From the NCBI GenBank assembly GCA_002269645.1, contig NIVC01003900.1, positions 6,822-70,821 on the forward strand: a stretch of DNA of 64,000 nt. The letters are read 5' to 3'. Made by a program: the position numbers and the translations under genes. The notes below the pieces were generated by a model. It did not search any database and had not been told where the DNA came from. It saw only the letters and a list, made by a program, of their open reading frames with translations. Below, piece by piece: positions 1-11,764 of this stretch (position 1 is its first letter; the number at the start of each line of letters is the position of its first letter). Source of the stretch: Macrostomum lignano. Its lineage: Eukaryota.

Positions 1-164
1 TTCGTGTGTAATAAATACGACTGGCATTTTGCAGTTTAATTTCGATCATATTTTGAGAGTTCATTTATGTCCGGATAGCAGGATAAAAACCTCATAAGTA
101 TACTGACATCCATTGTTTTTTAATATACCCGAGCGGCGGAATTCGCTTAATAATACTGTCAAGC

Positions 165-345
165 CTGTGATTTACACCAGTCGCTATTTTTAGAAACACA
201 ACTGCCTAGCCTGTGATGTACACTCTGTTGCTATTTTTAGAAACATACCTGCCTAGCCTGTGATGTACAATACACCCTGTTGCTATTTTTAGAAACACAA
301 CTGCCTAGTCTGTGATGTACACTTTGTTGCTATTTTTAGAACTCA
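165..345. repeat. Tandem repeat, about 55-60 bp unit, 3-4 copies (intronic)
   Basis: Recurring ctgcctagcctgtgatgtac...ctatttttagaaaca. Confidence 0.8.
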
Positions 346-410
346 GAGATGAGTCATGAACAGTTGCAACTTAGCTCGTTTTTTGAGTTGCAGTTAATTT
401 TATAACTTAC

Positions 411-3400
411 TTGCATAATGATTATATACGTCCAGAAATTGATAATAGCCTGCACAGCGGGTGATGATGCTGTATCGTTGCCAAGCGACAGAAAAATCAC
501 CGTCTCTGGGGTGACAAATCCTGATAGCCAAACTCCGCTTCCTGAAAGATAAAAAGTAGTTTTTGATGCTTTTTTATTGCTGATTTCGATGAATTTGTGA
601 ATCTGAATATGAAAGTTCAACTAGAATCGAAGCCCGAATCAAACTTACCAACGGCCCCGAAAAGGCACGTGACGAATAGGATGATTACACACCAGATCAC
701 GTCCTTATTAATTTGCCGTTCGAGTTTGCTGCGCTTAAACCTGGGGCCTTTGTTATTTAGCATGGCTTTGGTTTCGTGGCCTGTGGTTTGGAAGTTTTAA
801 GTCGAGTTTGAAAGTTGCTTTGAGGCTTGGGAATCCCCCGTCGAAATCACCTTTTAAGTCCTTTTAAAATCCCATTTGAAGTCCCACTCGGAATTCTCTT
901 TGAATTCATATCGGAATCCCCGTTCGAAATTCCCATCGGATTCCGCTACCGGAAGTCCCGCCGGAACATCCTTACGAAATTCCCATTGGAGAATCCTTAC
1001 GGAATTCCCATTGGAACATCCTTACGGAATTCCCACTAGAGAATCCTCACGAAATTCCCATTGTAATACCACTTAAGGTTTTTCCATCAGAATACCCCTT
1101 ACGGAATTCCCATTGGAACATCTTTACGGAATTTCCATCGTAATACCCCTTATGAATTTCCCATCGGAATACCCATTAAGAAATTCCCATCGGTCGGAAT
1201 ACCCCCTACGGAATTCCGTTTTTACTACTTTAGAATCCCAAGGAGTCCAACTATAGTTTTAACTGTCAGGCAAAATATAATTCAAATGAATAATCAGGAC
1301 ACAAGGTACTTTAAAATTCGTTAATGAAACAATAAAAGTACACCCACCAGCATAGATCACCATGCCTTCCAGCACGTCCGTATTCTTGATTGTACAGCCA
1401 CGCAATATCAAATTCTCCTTGTGAATGGCTACAATATTGTCTTTGCCATTGAGTCGCCTACAAAAAAAATTGAATCATTCATCGATTTTATCAATTTGTA
1501 TAGACGAGAAAGGCATGATTTCTAACAATAAATGATAATCACTCACACGCTGCCATCGAATCGATAGATATCTGTGTTGGGCATTTCCACTTCCACCGTG
1601 TGAGTGAATGTCTCCGGGTTGAATTGCTTGACAAATTAAAACGAAAAATAGATGAAGAAAAAAGTTAATTAAATAAAAGCTTCGAAGGCACCACTGAACA
1701 ATACAGAGTGAGCAGACCAATTAAGTTATGTGGGAATCTGCTGAGTGGGCGGATTCTTTGTCTTCCTATCCATCTGGCTGTCTGTTTTGTAACTACAGAG
1801 GATTAAAACGTGACAGTTGTACGAGTATGTAGAAAGAGAAGAAACGCGGGTAGATGTATGGATGGGGAACAGACGCAGGCAGTAAATCTTAGTGTTTTTT
1901 CTTGCTGAACAAAGAAGTTTTCGTGTTGCGTGTGTTTCTTTTTGTCTTTGATTGAGATGTATATTGGACAAAAGCAAACAAAGAATTACATTTAGAATTC
2001 GATACTATCACAGCTTTTGTGTCACAAGTAAAAGCAAAACGTATGGGTCCTAAAATTTCAAACTAGCGCCAAGTTTTTTTGTTTTTATGGTTCCAGTTTT
2101 GAGTTGATGCTCAGTGAAGCAAAACAAATTACTGGGTAGCGTAAGTTTGAGCTACAGTGTAAAACTACTAATACTGAGGCACAAATATTAATAATATTGA
2201 TTACACCTGCCCTAATGGCCAGATGTGCAACCGACAGCTCAGCCGCAGCTATTGCGCGGCGCATCTGAAGGCTGCGTACGGCTGTTCAGTCCAAGGACTG
2301 GGGGGTCGCCACACACCCTCAATTACCCCAGCTAATGCCGGCACCCATTTTACAGCTGGGTGAACTGAAGCAATGCAGAGTTAAGTGTCTTGCTGAGGCA
2401 CTGCTATAATGCTGAATTGCTGCAGTGCATCTACTTAATATTGTCGTACATGTATATTAACTTTCTTATGACAATTTAGAAATCGCATTATAACAAAATT
2501 GGATTTCGAAGTTTTTCCAAATCGATTTTACGTCTTCAGTTTTACATTTCTCGAGAAGATTTGTAGAATTTATTCTACACAAATTGATGTCATTTACTAA
2601 TTAAAACAAAAATAAGGCAAAAAAATTTCTAATAAAAAGTCAAACGTGACCAGATTACAGCAACGAAGCGTTGTCATGGAAACAGGTCATGTGCTTCAAT
2701 TTTCAAGATTCATACTTAAATGCAACTACAAGCTGGAAATGTTTTAAATCATTTGACTAGCACAACTCTTTGATGCTATATGAGCTTTAGTTTCCATGAC
2801 AACCAATTTTATAGCCTTCTAAAATGCCAACAAGAGGTATCTAAAATAAAAGCACAGGTGATTAAACAAACAAGAAGGAATAAGTAAAAAAGAACACAGA
2901 CTATAGTTAGTCTCAGTCTTACCCCATCGGGACCGAACTGAAATTACAGTTAAGATTATTCAATATTGGGATTTGGTTGTTGTTATAGTTTCTAAACTTC
3001 CGTTTATAACAAAGCTATCGTTTTGAGCATGCAATTCCGTTAGTTATTTATTACTAATTCTATTTTGCAAGCGCTACAAGAATGTGCGGGCTATACAAGT
3101 TTTAGCTGGTCATCATGCTTGAATGAGAAGTCGATAAAGAAGAAAGTTATGTAAAAGCTTTTGAAATCCAAAATTAAAACTTTCCATACCCTCTCTGTAG
3201 CTGGCATATCCCCCTCCCGTATAGATGGCGCCCCCTCTCTGTAGCTAGCATCCCCCTTCCGTATAGATGGCGCCCCCTCTCTGTAGCTGGCATCCCACCT
3301 CTCTGTAGCTGGCATCCCACCTCTCTGTAGCTGGCATCCCACCTCTCTGTAGCTGGCATCCCACCTCTCTGTAGCTGGCATATCCCCCTCCCGTATAGAT

Positions 3401-5376
3401 GGCGCCCCCTCTCTGTAGCTAGCATCCCCCTTCCGTATAGATGGCGCCCCCTCTCTGTAGCTGGCATCCCACCTCTCTGTAGCTGGCATCCCACCTCTCT
3501 GTAGCTGGCATCCCACCTCTCTGTAGCTGGCATCCCACCTCTCTGTAGCAGGCATCCCACCTCTCTGTAGCTGGCATCCCACCTCTCTGTAGCTGGCATC
3601 CCACCTCTCTGTAGCTGGCATCCCACCTCTCTGTAGCTGGCATCCCACCTCTCTGTAGCTGGCATCCCACCTCTCTGTAGCTGGCATCCCACCTCTCTGT
3701 AGCTGGCATCCCACCTCTCTGTAGCAGGCATCCCACCTCTCTGTAGCAGGCATCCCACCTCTCTGTAGCTGGCATCCCACCTCTCTGTAGCTGGCATCCC
3801 ACCTCTCTGTAGCTGGCATCCCACCTCTCTGTAGCTGGCATCCCACCTCTCTGTAGCTGGCATCCCACCTCTCTGTAGCTGGCATCCCACCTCTCTGTAG
3901 CTGGCATCCCACCTCTCTGTAGCTGGCATCCCACCTCTCTGTAGCTGGCATCCCACCTCTCTGTAGCTGGCATCCCACCTCTCTGTAGCTGGCATCCCAC
4001 CTCTCTGTAGCTGGCATCCCACCTCTCTGTAGCTGGCATCCCACCTCTCTGTAGCAGGCATCCCACCTCTCTGTAGCTGGCATCCCACCTCTCTGTAGCT
4101 GGCATCCCACCTCTCTGTAGCTGGCATCCCACCTCTCTGTAGCTGGCATCCCACCTCTCTGTAGCTGGCATCCCACCTCTCTGTAGCTGGCATCCCACCT
4201 CTCTGTAGCTGGCATCCCACCTCTCTGTAGCAGGCATCCCACCTCTCTGTAGCTGGCATCCCACCTCTCTGTAGCTGGCATCCCACCTCTCTGTAGCTGG
4301 CATCCCACCTCTCTGTAGCTGGCATCCCACCTCTCTGTAGCTGGCATCCCACCTCTCTGTAGCTGGCATCCCACCTCTCTGTAGCTGGCATCCCACCTCT
4401 CTGTAGCAGGCATCCCACCTCTCTGTAGCTGGCATCCCACCTCTCTGTAGCTGGCATCCCACCTCTCTGTAGCTGGCATCCCACCTCTCTGTAGCAGGCA
4501 TCCCACCTCTCTCTAGCTGGCATCCCTTCTCTGTAGCTGGCGATTCTCTCGGACTCAGTTTAAATGGATCTTGGTAATTGAGAAGTTGAGAAGTTTTCAG
4601 TAGTCAGTGCTAGATTCTCCTTTTCTTATGATTTTCGAATAAAAAAGAGGCCTTGGAATAAAATTTTAATAATTAGGCCCATATGATCTTTGTAACCATC
4701 ATTGGTCCTTGTAACTTTTTATGTAGTCATAAAAAAGCGTTGCCATTAGCGAGCAGTCACTACTCACCCGCAGGTCGAGACCTCGCATGACCTCCCTCTG
4801 TTTCAGGTTGGTTTCACCATCAATATTGGACGTCTCGATGTAGCAGATCCCGGCGGTGTCACTGCTGTGCAGCAGCAGAATATCCGCCGGTATGACTTCA
4901 TTCGCGTGTAGGCGCACAATGTCACCCGGCCACAGGTTCTGCCATTCCTCGTCCACAAAACAATTTTTCGATTGTCGATAAACTCGACAACTTTGATGAT
5001 TGATTTTCTTGTCGGATTTGTATCGCCTGTAGTTCTCGAAGCCGTCTTTGATAGCCGTGACTGAGAGGACAAACAGAACAGGAATTGGCGCCAACTCTTT
5101 GGCGAATGCGGACACCTCCGGCATGAAGTTCAGCACGACTATGAAGACGAAGTACACGTTCGCGAAGCGGTGGAACTGCTCCCACAGGTTCAGCGGCAAG
5201 AAGGTTAGCAGACTGTATTTGGTGGTCCTGACGTAGTTGTTAGCAAACTGGTGATTCGGGTTCGGCTCGGCCGGTACATCCGGTGCGCTCTCAAACCGGA
5301 AGTTGGCCTCAATCAGGCGGGTTGACGGACCCTGCTTTGCGTTTCGTCGGCAGGGCAGGCAGCAGCGGTTTCCCAT
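411..5376 (-). CDS. ATP10: P4-type ATPase (phospholipid flippase), ATP10 class; 5' part, continues off the left edge. Exons 5376-4768, 1626-1547, 1457-1348, 780-649, 541-411
   Basis: GT-AG exons join in frame. Motifs: [87 protein letters not shown]. These are P4-ATPase N-terminal/A-domain/TM3-4 motifs, closest to ATP10A/B/D. Confidence 0.93.
870..1220. repeat. Degenerate minisatellite, about 23 bp unit (intronic)
   Basis: Recurring cttacggaattcccattggaacatc. Confidence 0.8.
2183..2392 (-). mobile_element. 5'-truncated CORE-type SINE copy
   Basis: Homologous to 55108-55342, 55471-55593 and 60853-61020. Flanked by the direct repeat CTGAGGCAC (2174-2182 / 2393-2401), with an AT-rich tail. Confidence 0.75.
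3190..4540. repeat. Homogeneous 22-bp minisatellite, about 55-60 copies, in ATPase intron 1
   Basis: Unit atcccacctctctgtagctggc; explains the 22-aa periodic ORFs at 3091-4523. Confidence 0.97.
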
Positions 5377-6532
5377 TTTGCTGCTATCTCGGGCCCTCTG
5401 ATTTGCGGCTAAATCTATTAATTTAAGCTTGGTTTTAAACTTGACTAGTTGTCATGGTTCATTGCTCTCTGAAAGTTTCAAATACAAACCATTAAGCCTT
5501 TAATAATCTTTTGTTGATTAAAATACAGCGATAATTATATATGTAAAATAAAAAACGACAGGACCTGTTGAAGTTGATTTATGTAAGTTAATAATGTTTG
5601 AAGGAATACTTTTAATTAGGTTAACTAAAAACAGTGCTGCCCATAATATTTTTTTTAAATTGGAGTCCGCTTTTGCAATTCACTTTGCTAATATGATAAT
5701 ATTATGAGTGTAGTAGATACTTAATTATTGTAATAAAATGTGCCAATGGAAACATCTGTTTTATTTATGACTAACTTAAAAATTTCGTAAGATATATTTA
5801 CAAAATAGATTAGTTTTAAATTTTGTACAATTTCGCCAGCATAAATCAAGTTGTAAACCTGATCTTTGATTGTTTCGAAGGATTTTATAAATACTTATGA
5901 TACTCGTATTAAAATTTTGATATGAAAACGATAAAAACAAGTTGCTGCTTCGCTTGGATGAATACAGTGCAATATTTTATTCTATAAAACATAAAAATGG
6001 CAGATTGCATACAAAACGAATCACATCAAATATAAATATACGTAATACCGGCAAAACCACTAAATTCTGGTTAACACTAAGCCTTGAATTTTTTAGGAAA
6101 CAGGCTTGAACCCCTGTGTAGGCTTTTAGACAGGTTCTTTTTTTATAAGAAATTAAAGTAAAGTATCCTTAAGTTTTAAATGGAATGCCGAAAAGAATTG
6201 AGCAGCGATTGTTAAATTTGCGCGAAACCAGCTCAAACACTAGTAGGGTTCACAGTAGAAAATTTAAAAGTTCTGAAACTGCACGACTTGTATATTGAAT
6301 CAAAAAACATTTAGAAATATAATTAAAATCTACTCTTTTACAGACATGTCTAAAATATTTTAATTATTTTGTTAAACTACGATAAGTGTCATCGACACAA
6401 ATAATTAAATTTAAGAAATATCCAAGAAATCTGCTTTAAGTCTTTACTTCGAATTTTACCTTTGAAAGTTCACTGAAAAAATCTCAAAAGCTGTTATAGG
6501 TTGCAGCCAAAACAAAGCTCACAACAAGCAGA

Positions 6533-9500
6533 ATGATAAAGTCATGCTTTAATATAGTGCTTGTTTTGAACATCGTACTAATTGTTCATTTTGCCAGTGC
6601 CGATATTTACCTGCATAATCCAAGGTAAGGCACAAGACAAATTCTAATGAAAGCATCAAGTTTACTTGTTTAATAAATATCTTAAATTCTAAGATTTTTT
6701 TAAAATACAATAAATGAAACCAGAAAATATCATTATTTAAGTTAAATACATTTACATAGTATGCATACAAATTAAAAGTTCAATATTTCATACTTTTTAT
6801 TGAAAAGTATTAGTTTAATCACCTAAACATCCACATTCAGGGGCAGCAACAATCGTTTGGATGAGGCCGGCCGAGCGCGCAATACGGCAACGAGGTTGTT
6901 TGACTCGCAGAACAACAACCGAGGCGGTTACAATGTTGGCAGCCTTTACTACTATACAGGTGCTGAATTAATGAATTTATTGCAGAGGGAGAGAGAGAGA
7001 GAGAGGAGAAATAGAGAGGTTTAACAAAAAACTTAGATATTAACTTCTTTTTGTGCAACTTCGTGCTCCAAAAATTTTAAGGACAGCCAGAACTTTCTTA
7101 CGACTCGTAGAATCGTTTTTAGGGACGTGATTTCATTTTCTTAGTCCTCACTTTTGTCAAAACGTTAAGCGTTTGCTGTCTCAATACCTTATTGTCATGC
7201 AGGCTCCATCCTTCCCATCGAGTGGACCAATCAGCACTCATGCGGCGACATCAACAGCCACTGCGAAATTGTGCTGCAATACGCCTGCGGCGACGATATT
7301 CGAGACGGCACCACTACGAATCGAATTCCGGCTGACAGAAGCCGGTGCCTCGACAACAACTGCCAGACCGATCCAACCTACGGCCTTCAAGAGTCGTACG
7401 AGCACTACTTGATGTGTACACGGAGGCAGCGAAACGGCGGCTTGTACACCGCGGACCAGAGGCTTCGCGGCGACACCGCCAGGTTCACCCGTCAGAACCC
7501 CGGCGGCACTCAGTACGGCTACGAGTGCCCCGAGGAGCGGGATTATTATCCCTACTGGCACCACAGCCCCTGGAGGGACATCGCCATCCTGACCAACGAT
7601 CCCACCAGATGCAGATTCTACAAAACCGAGAGCGCCAACGTCAAGGATCGATTCGAATGTCGCTTGCCAGTAGAACAGCTGGAATCGAACCGAGGACTAA
7701 CACTGCCTAGCAACGAGTCCGAATGCATGAAACTTCCCGGCGCCAAGTGGACCCGACAACCGGCTTGGGGCATCGGCTCGCCAGTCTGTCGGACAGCGGA
7801 AACCACCAGAGACAATCACCTTGGCAACACGGCCCAGGGCAAGGCTCTGATGTTCAACTGGACAGTGCCAGACCATCTGGCTGGTGAGAAATGCGTGCTT
7901 CGAGTTCGGTACAATATTTCTACCGGAGACTACGATCGTTGGTCAACATTCGCTGAGCACAACAACGGGGGTCCAGTCGAGTTTTATAAAAAGTTCGGCT
8001 TCGCTAGCAAGGCTGCTGCCGATGCCAGAGGATTCAAGCTGGTTAATAATCCCCAGGTGCAGCTGTTTGGCGACTCCAGCAAGTTCAAATTGCAGTTGAA
8101 TATTAATACAGCACAGTTTGGCAGGGTGTTTCAGGTGAGTAAGGAGTCAATTGCCTTGGCATTTGGTAGATTCTGCTAGACACTCCCTACAACTCTCCTT
8201 ATCTACCTCTCGGCCCTCTCTCTCGTTATCTCCATGTAATCCACTTTGCCTGTGCGCCTCGTCTATTCCCCCAGTGTTAAATGAGCGGTGATAATCAGTA
8301 GCGTAACTCTGCTACCATAGACAAACCAACGAGATGGATAGACATGGCTAGCGGAGATAACTCATTGTTTAGCAATTTGACGATCATTATTCACATTTTT
8401 AATGCAGAACAATCCATTACTACAAACAATGCATTGTCTGTAGGATCGTCAAACAGAAAAACAATGCAAAGAATCAGCGGTCACGCACTGGGACCGCTGA
8501 TTATTTATCCATTATCTCCGGCGGAGATAAGGCGTTATATTCGGGTCGCACATGCCGTGGATTACATACAAAGAATCGCCTGATACTAGGAGATGAGCCA
8601 TAGACAGAATCTCCTCGTATCAGGCGATTCTTGTTTATCTCACCCTCAGAGATCGTTATCTCCATCTCAACCCCCCTCACTCTCTCTCTCATTATCTCCC
8701 TTTCACCCCTCAGAGATCGTTATCTCCCTCTCATCCCCTCTCTCACTGTCTCTCTCCCTCTCTCTCACCCCTATCTCATTGTCTCCCTCTCACCCCTCTC
8801 TCACTATCTCCCTCTCACCCCTCTCTCATTATCTCCCTCTCAACTACTCTCTCATTCTCACTCTCACCCCTTTATCTCATTGTCTCCCTCTCACTTACTC
8901 TTTGTATCCCTCTAAACCCTATCGCGAAATCTCCATCTCCATCTCTCTCTTTTTCTCTGTCCCTTTCTCGCTCTTTCTCCCACCCCATCAGACCTCTCTA
9001 ACCCAGTCCTTTTAAACACCACACGCCGCCGCCATCCCGCAGGACCGATCCCACGTCTTCCACGTGCGAGCCCGACCCTCCTCGATCCCGTCAAGCGCCG
9101 AGATTCTCAACCTGAATGTGCGCGGCAAACGCGGAAATATTGTGCAAGTCTATCCAGCCGTCGAGTACGACTTTGTCCCCCACCTGACCCACGCCAAGCC
9201 TGGGAGCTATGTGCATCCTCAGTGGACCGGATCCAACACCAACCCAGCGAATAACGATGGCCAAGGTCTCGCGGGTACAGACAGATCCAACATGCTGCCG
9301 CTGCATGATCTAGCCGCCAATATTCCGGACACAAACTATTCTCAAGGTCGCAATTGGACTCTGAACAATGGAATTGGAGATTGGCCATTGAGCGATTTGA
9401 CTAACCTGGCTCTGCTTAGTCCTCAGCCTCAGCTGGGCGGTTCTATGCAACTTCTAAACGATGCCGGGACCTACTTTGATCTGGGAGCCCGTCGTGTGAC

Positions 9501-10938
9501 CAATGCCGGCAGCTGGTCCTTTGTCTGCACTAGGAATAATAATTTCAGCAACCGCAGTCATAAAGGTCGATTGGTGTGCTCCAGTGATCGGTCGGATACG
9601 CACGTGATTGATGGACAGGCTTACACGTTCAAGGTTTGCATTTGCTGTTTAGGGGATTTGGGATGTTAGAGAGATGTTAGACAGATTTTTGTCAGATGTT
9701 AGACAGATTTATGTCAGATGTTGTAACAGATTTGTGTCAGATGTTAGACAAATTTGTGTCAGATGTTAGACAGATTTGTGTCAGATTTTGTAGCAGATGC
9801 GTGTCAGATGTTAGACAAATTTGTGTCAGATGTTAGACAAATTTGTGTCAGAAGTTAGACAGATTTGTGTCAGATGTTAGACAGATTTGTGTCAGATGTT
9901 GTAACAGTTGTGTGTCAGATGTTAGACAGATTTGTGTCAGATGTTGGACAGATTTGTGTCAGATGTTGGACAAGATTTGTGTCAGATAGCTAGAATCCCA
10001 AGCACAAAGATTCACATATCCATACCCGTTCAGCATATGATAGCTTAATCACCCCCCCCCCACACTCGATCAGGTGACAGACGGCACAAAGACCTTGGCC
10101 GAGGTGACGGTTCCGGCTGGAGCCTTCAGCTCCCTGCGCTACCTGCAGCTTCGTGTGACGCCACACAGCGCCAAGGCGGCGAAGACGGACTCCGACAGCG
10201 TGTACGGCGACACCTGGTTCACCGACCTGCTGCGCATTGACGTCGACGGACAGGCGGGCGAAGCTTTCGCGACACCTCTTCTAGTTTCCATGGTAACCAA
10301 CGATGGAGCCGATCCGACCGAGGGGCACGATGTGCAGGTGAGAAGCTGTGGATAACCGATTTTATGAAGTTATATGTGGTTTTGGAGCCAATTTTACACT
10401 GGGGATCGTGGCTTAGTGGTTACAAGGCGTCGTTCTTTAACGCTAGAAGTCCCGGGTTCGATTCCTGGGTATGACCAAAATTATTTGCGTGATATATTAG
10501 ATACCTTCGTTCTCTTTCTTAGAAAGACACGAGTTCGAATCCCGACGTCATCAAAAAATGCCTCGTATAAAATAAAAAAGTTTATACGAGCCGCCCACTT
10601 TGGAAAATATATGAAGGCTTTGTTAAACATATAATTACACCTCATGCTCAAAGGTCTACCGCATGGAGACTGAATTCTCAAGCGCAGTCAGCCATCACGG
10701 CCCGCTGAAGTCGGCCGAAGCCACTCGCGTAGAATTTCGAGTCGACCGTCCGGGAGTCTACGCGGCTCGCGGCTTCGCCAACGCGCCGTTCGGATTCGTG
10801 GGCCTGATTGTCGGCCTGCTGGTGGCGGCGCTTCTGATCTCACTAATCGTGGCGGGCATCATTGTGCACCGGAGAAATCCGGAGTTCTTTGCCGAGAAGC
10901 TGCGATTTGTGCAGCGATCTACGCAGAGCAAAGTCTAG
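6533..10938 (+). CDS. DD3-3-like type I membrane protein. Exons 6533-6624, 6841-6959, 7203-8134, 9043-9633, 10074-10337, 10654-10938
   Basis: Signal peptide then DIYLHNPR/GSNNRLDE, FDSQNNNRGGYNVG, IEWTNQHSCG, YECPEERDYYPYWHHSPW, RDNHLGN, CVLRVRYNIST, LNVRGKRGNIVQVYPAVEYDFVP, TRNNNFSNRSHKG, and a C-terminal TM helix. All junctions are GT-AG and phase-consistent. These motifs match my recollection of Dictyostelium DD3-3 homologs. Confidence 0.88.
8630..9000. repeat. CT-rich low-complexity repeat (intron)
   Basis: ctctctcacccctctc-type units. Confidence 0.85.
9665..9988. repeat. 22-bp minisatellite (intron)
   Basis: Unit cagatttgtgtcagatgttaga. Confidence 0.92.
10402..10477 (+). pseudogene. 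tRNA-derived sequence (tRNA pseudogene or SINE head) in DD3-3 intron 5
   Basis: A box TGGCTTAGTGG and B box GGTTCGATTCC at tRNA spacing; acceptor and anticodon stems pair poorly. Confidence 0.6.
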
Positions 10939-10971
10939 CTACGTGAAGGAAAAATTTCACTTGATTATTAT

Positions 10972-11280
10972 CACTTTCGATACATATCGGCCAAAATCGT
11001 AGCAAAGACAGTAAAAAGCAATGAAATTTTTCAATTCATTATTATTACTTTCGATACATATCGACAAAAATTGCAGCAAAGGCTATAATAGCTACGATTC
11101 TTATTAATACTTTCGATACATATCGGCCAAATATTAAAAGATTATACATGTCAGCTGCAAATATTTTTGAGCGAATATTATAATACTTTCGATACATATC
11201 GGCCAAGATCGTAGCAATAAAAGTCCATTGCAAAAATTTTTAATTGATAATTTTTTTTTCGATACATGTCGGCCAGAATT
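10972..11280. repeat. Five copies of a palindromic core about 20 bp long, with diverged linkers
   Basis: actttcgatacatatcggccaa near 10973, 11047, 11109, 11185 and 11257. Confidence 0.8.
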
Positions 11281-11764
11281 GTGATTTGATTTCTTGTATT
11301 ACCGATCTCGATCTTCAGCATTCCAGCGTTTTTAATATATTGATCTGATCGCGTAAATAACTGTTATTACATGCACAAATGCTTTTTATGTTTCTCAATC
11401 GCAGTATTAATTCCAGGATTAATATCTATTTTTGTTATAAATTCTTTTTTCAATCGTGTACTTTTAATAAAACAAGCGCGACATGTTTCTGCAATCACAA
11501 GAATGCCTGTAAAACAGCACTTAGCCGCGCAAGAAAAATTCGGCTTAAACTTGAGCTATACTTAATATTGCTCATAGAGATAAGCAGGCCACATTTTTTC
11601 TCACAAGGCAGTGAACTAATGATAACAAATAAGTTACTTGGCTCTGCGGGCCACATGACACGCATGACTAAAATTGTTACCGAAGTGCCATATAACATGT
11701 CCTCTCTATTAAAAACCCTTTCTAGTCGAAAGGACTCGATACATTCAGCATGTCCTATATAATA

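Noticed and set aside
3091-4523. Three 360-471 aa ORFs
   Set aside because: Translations of a stop-free 22-bp array inside an intron; all frames give the same rotating peptide.
10402-10477. Functional tRNA gene
   Set aside because: Acceptor and anticodon stems do not pair convincingly.
10972-11280. CRISPR-like repeat-spacer look
   Set aside because: Eukaryotic context, no cas genes, degenerate repeats, and linkers partly homologous to each other.
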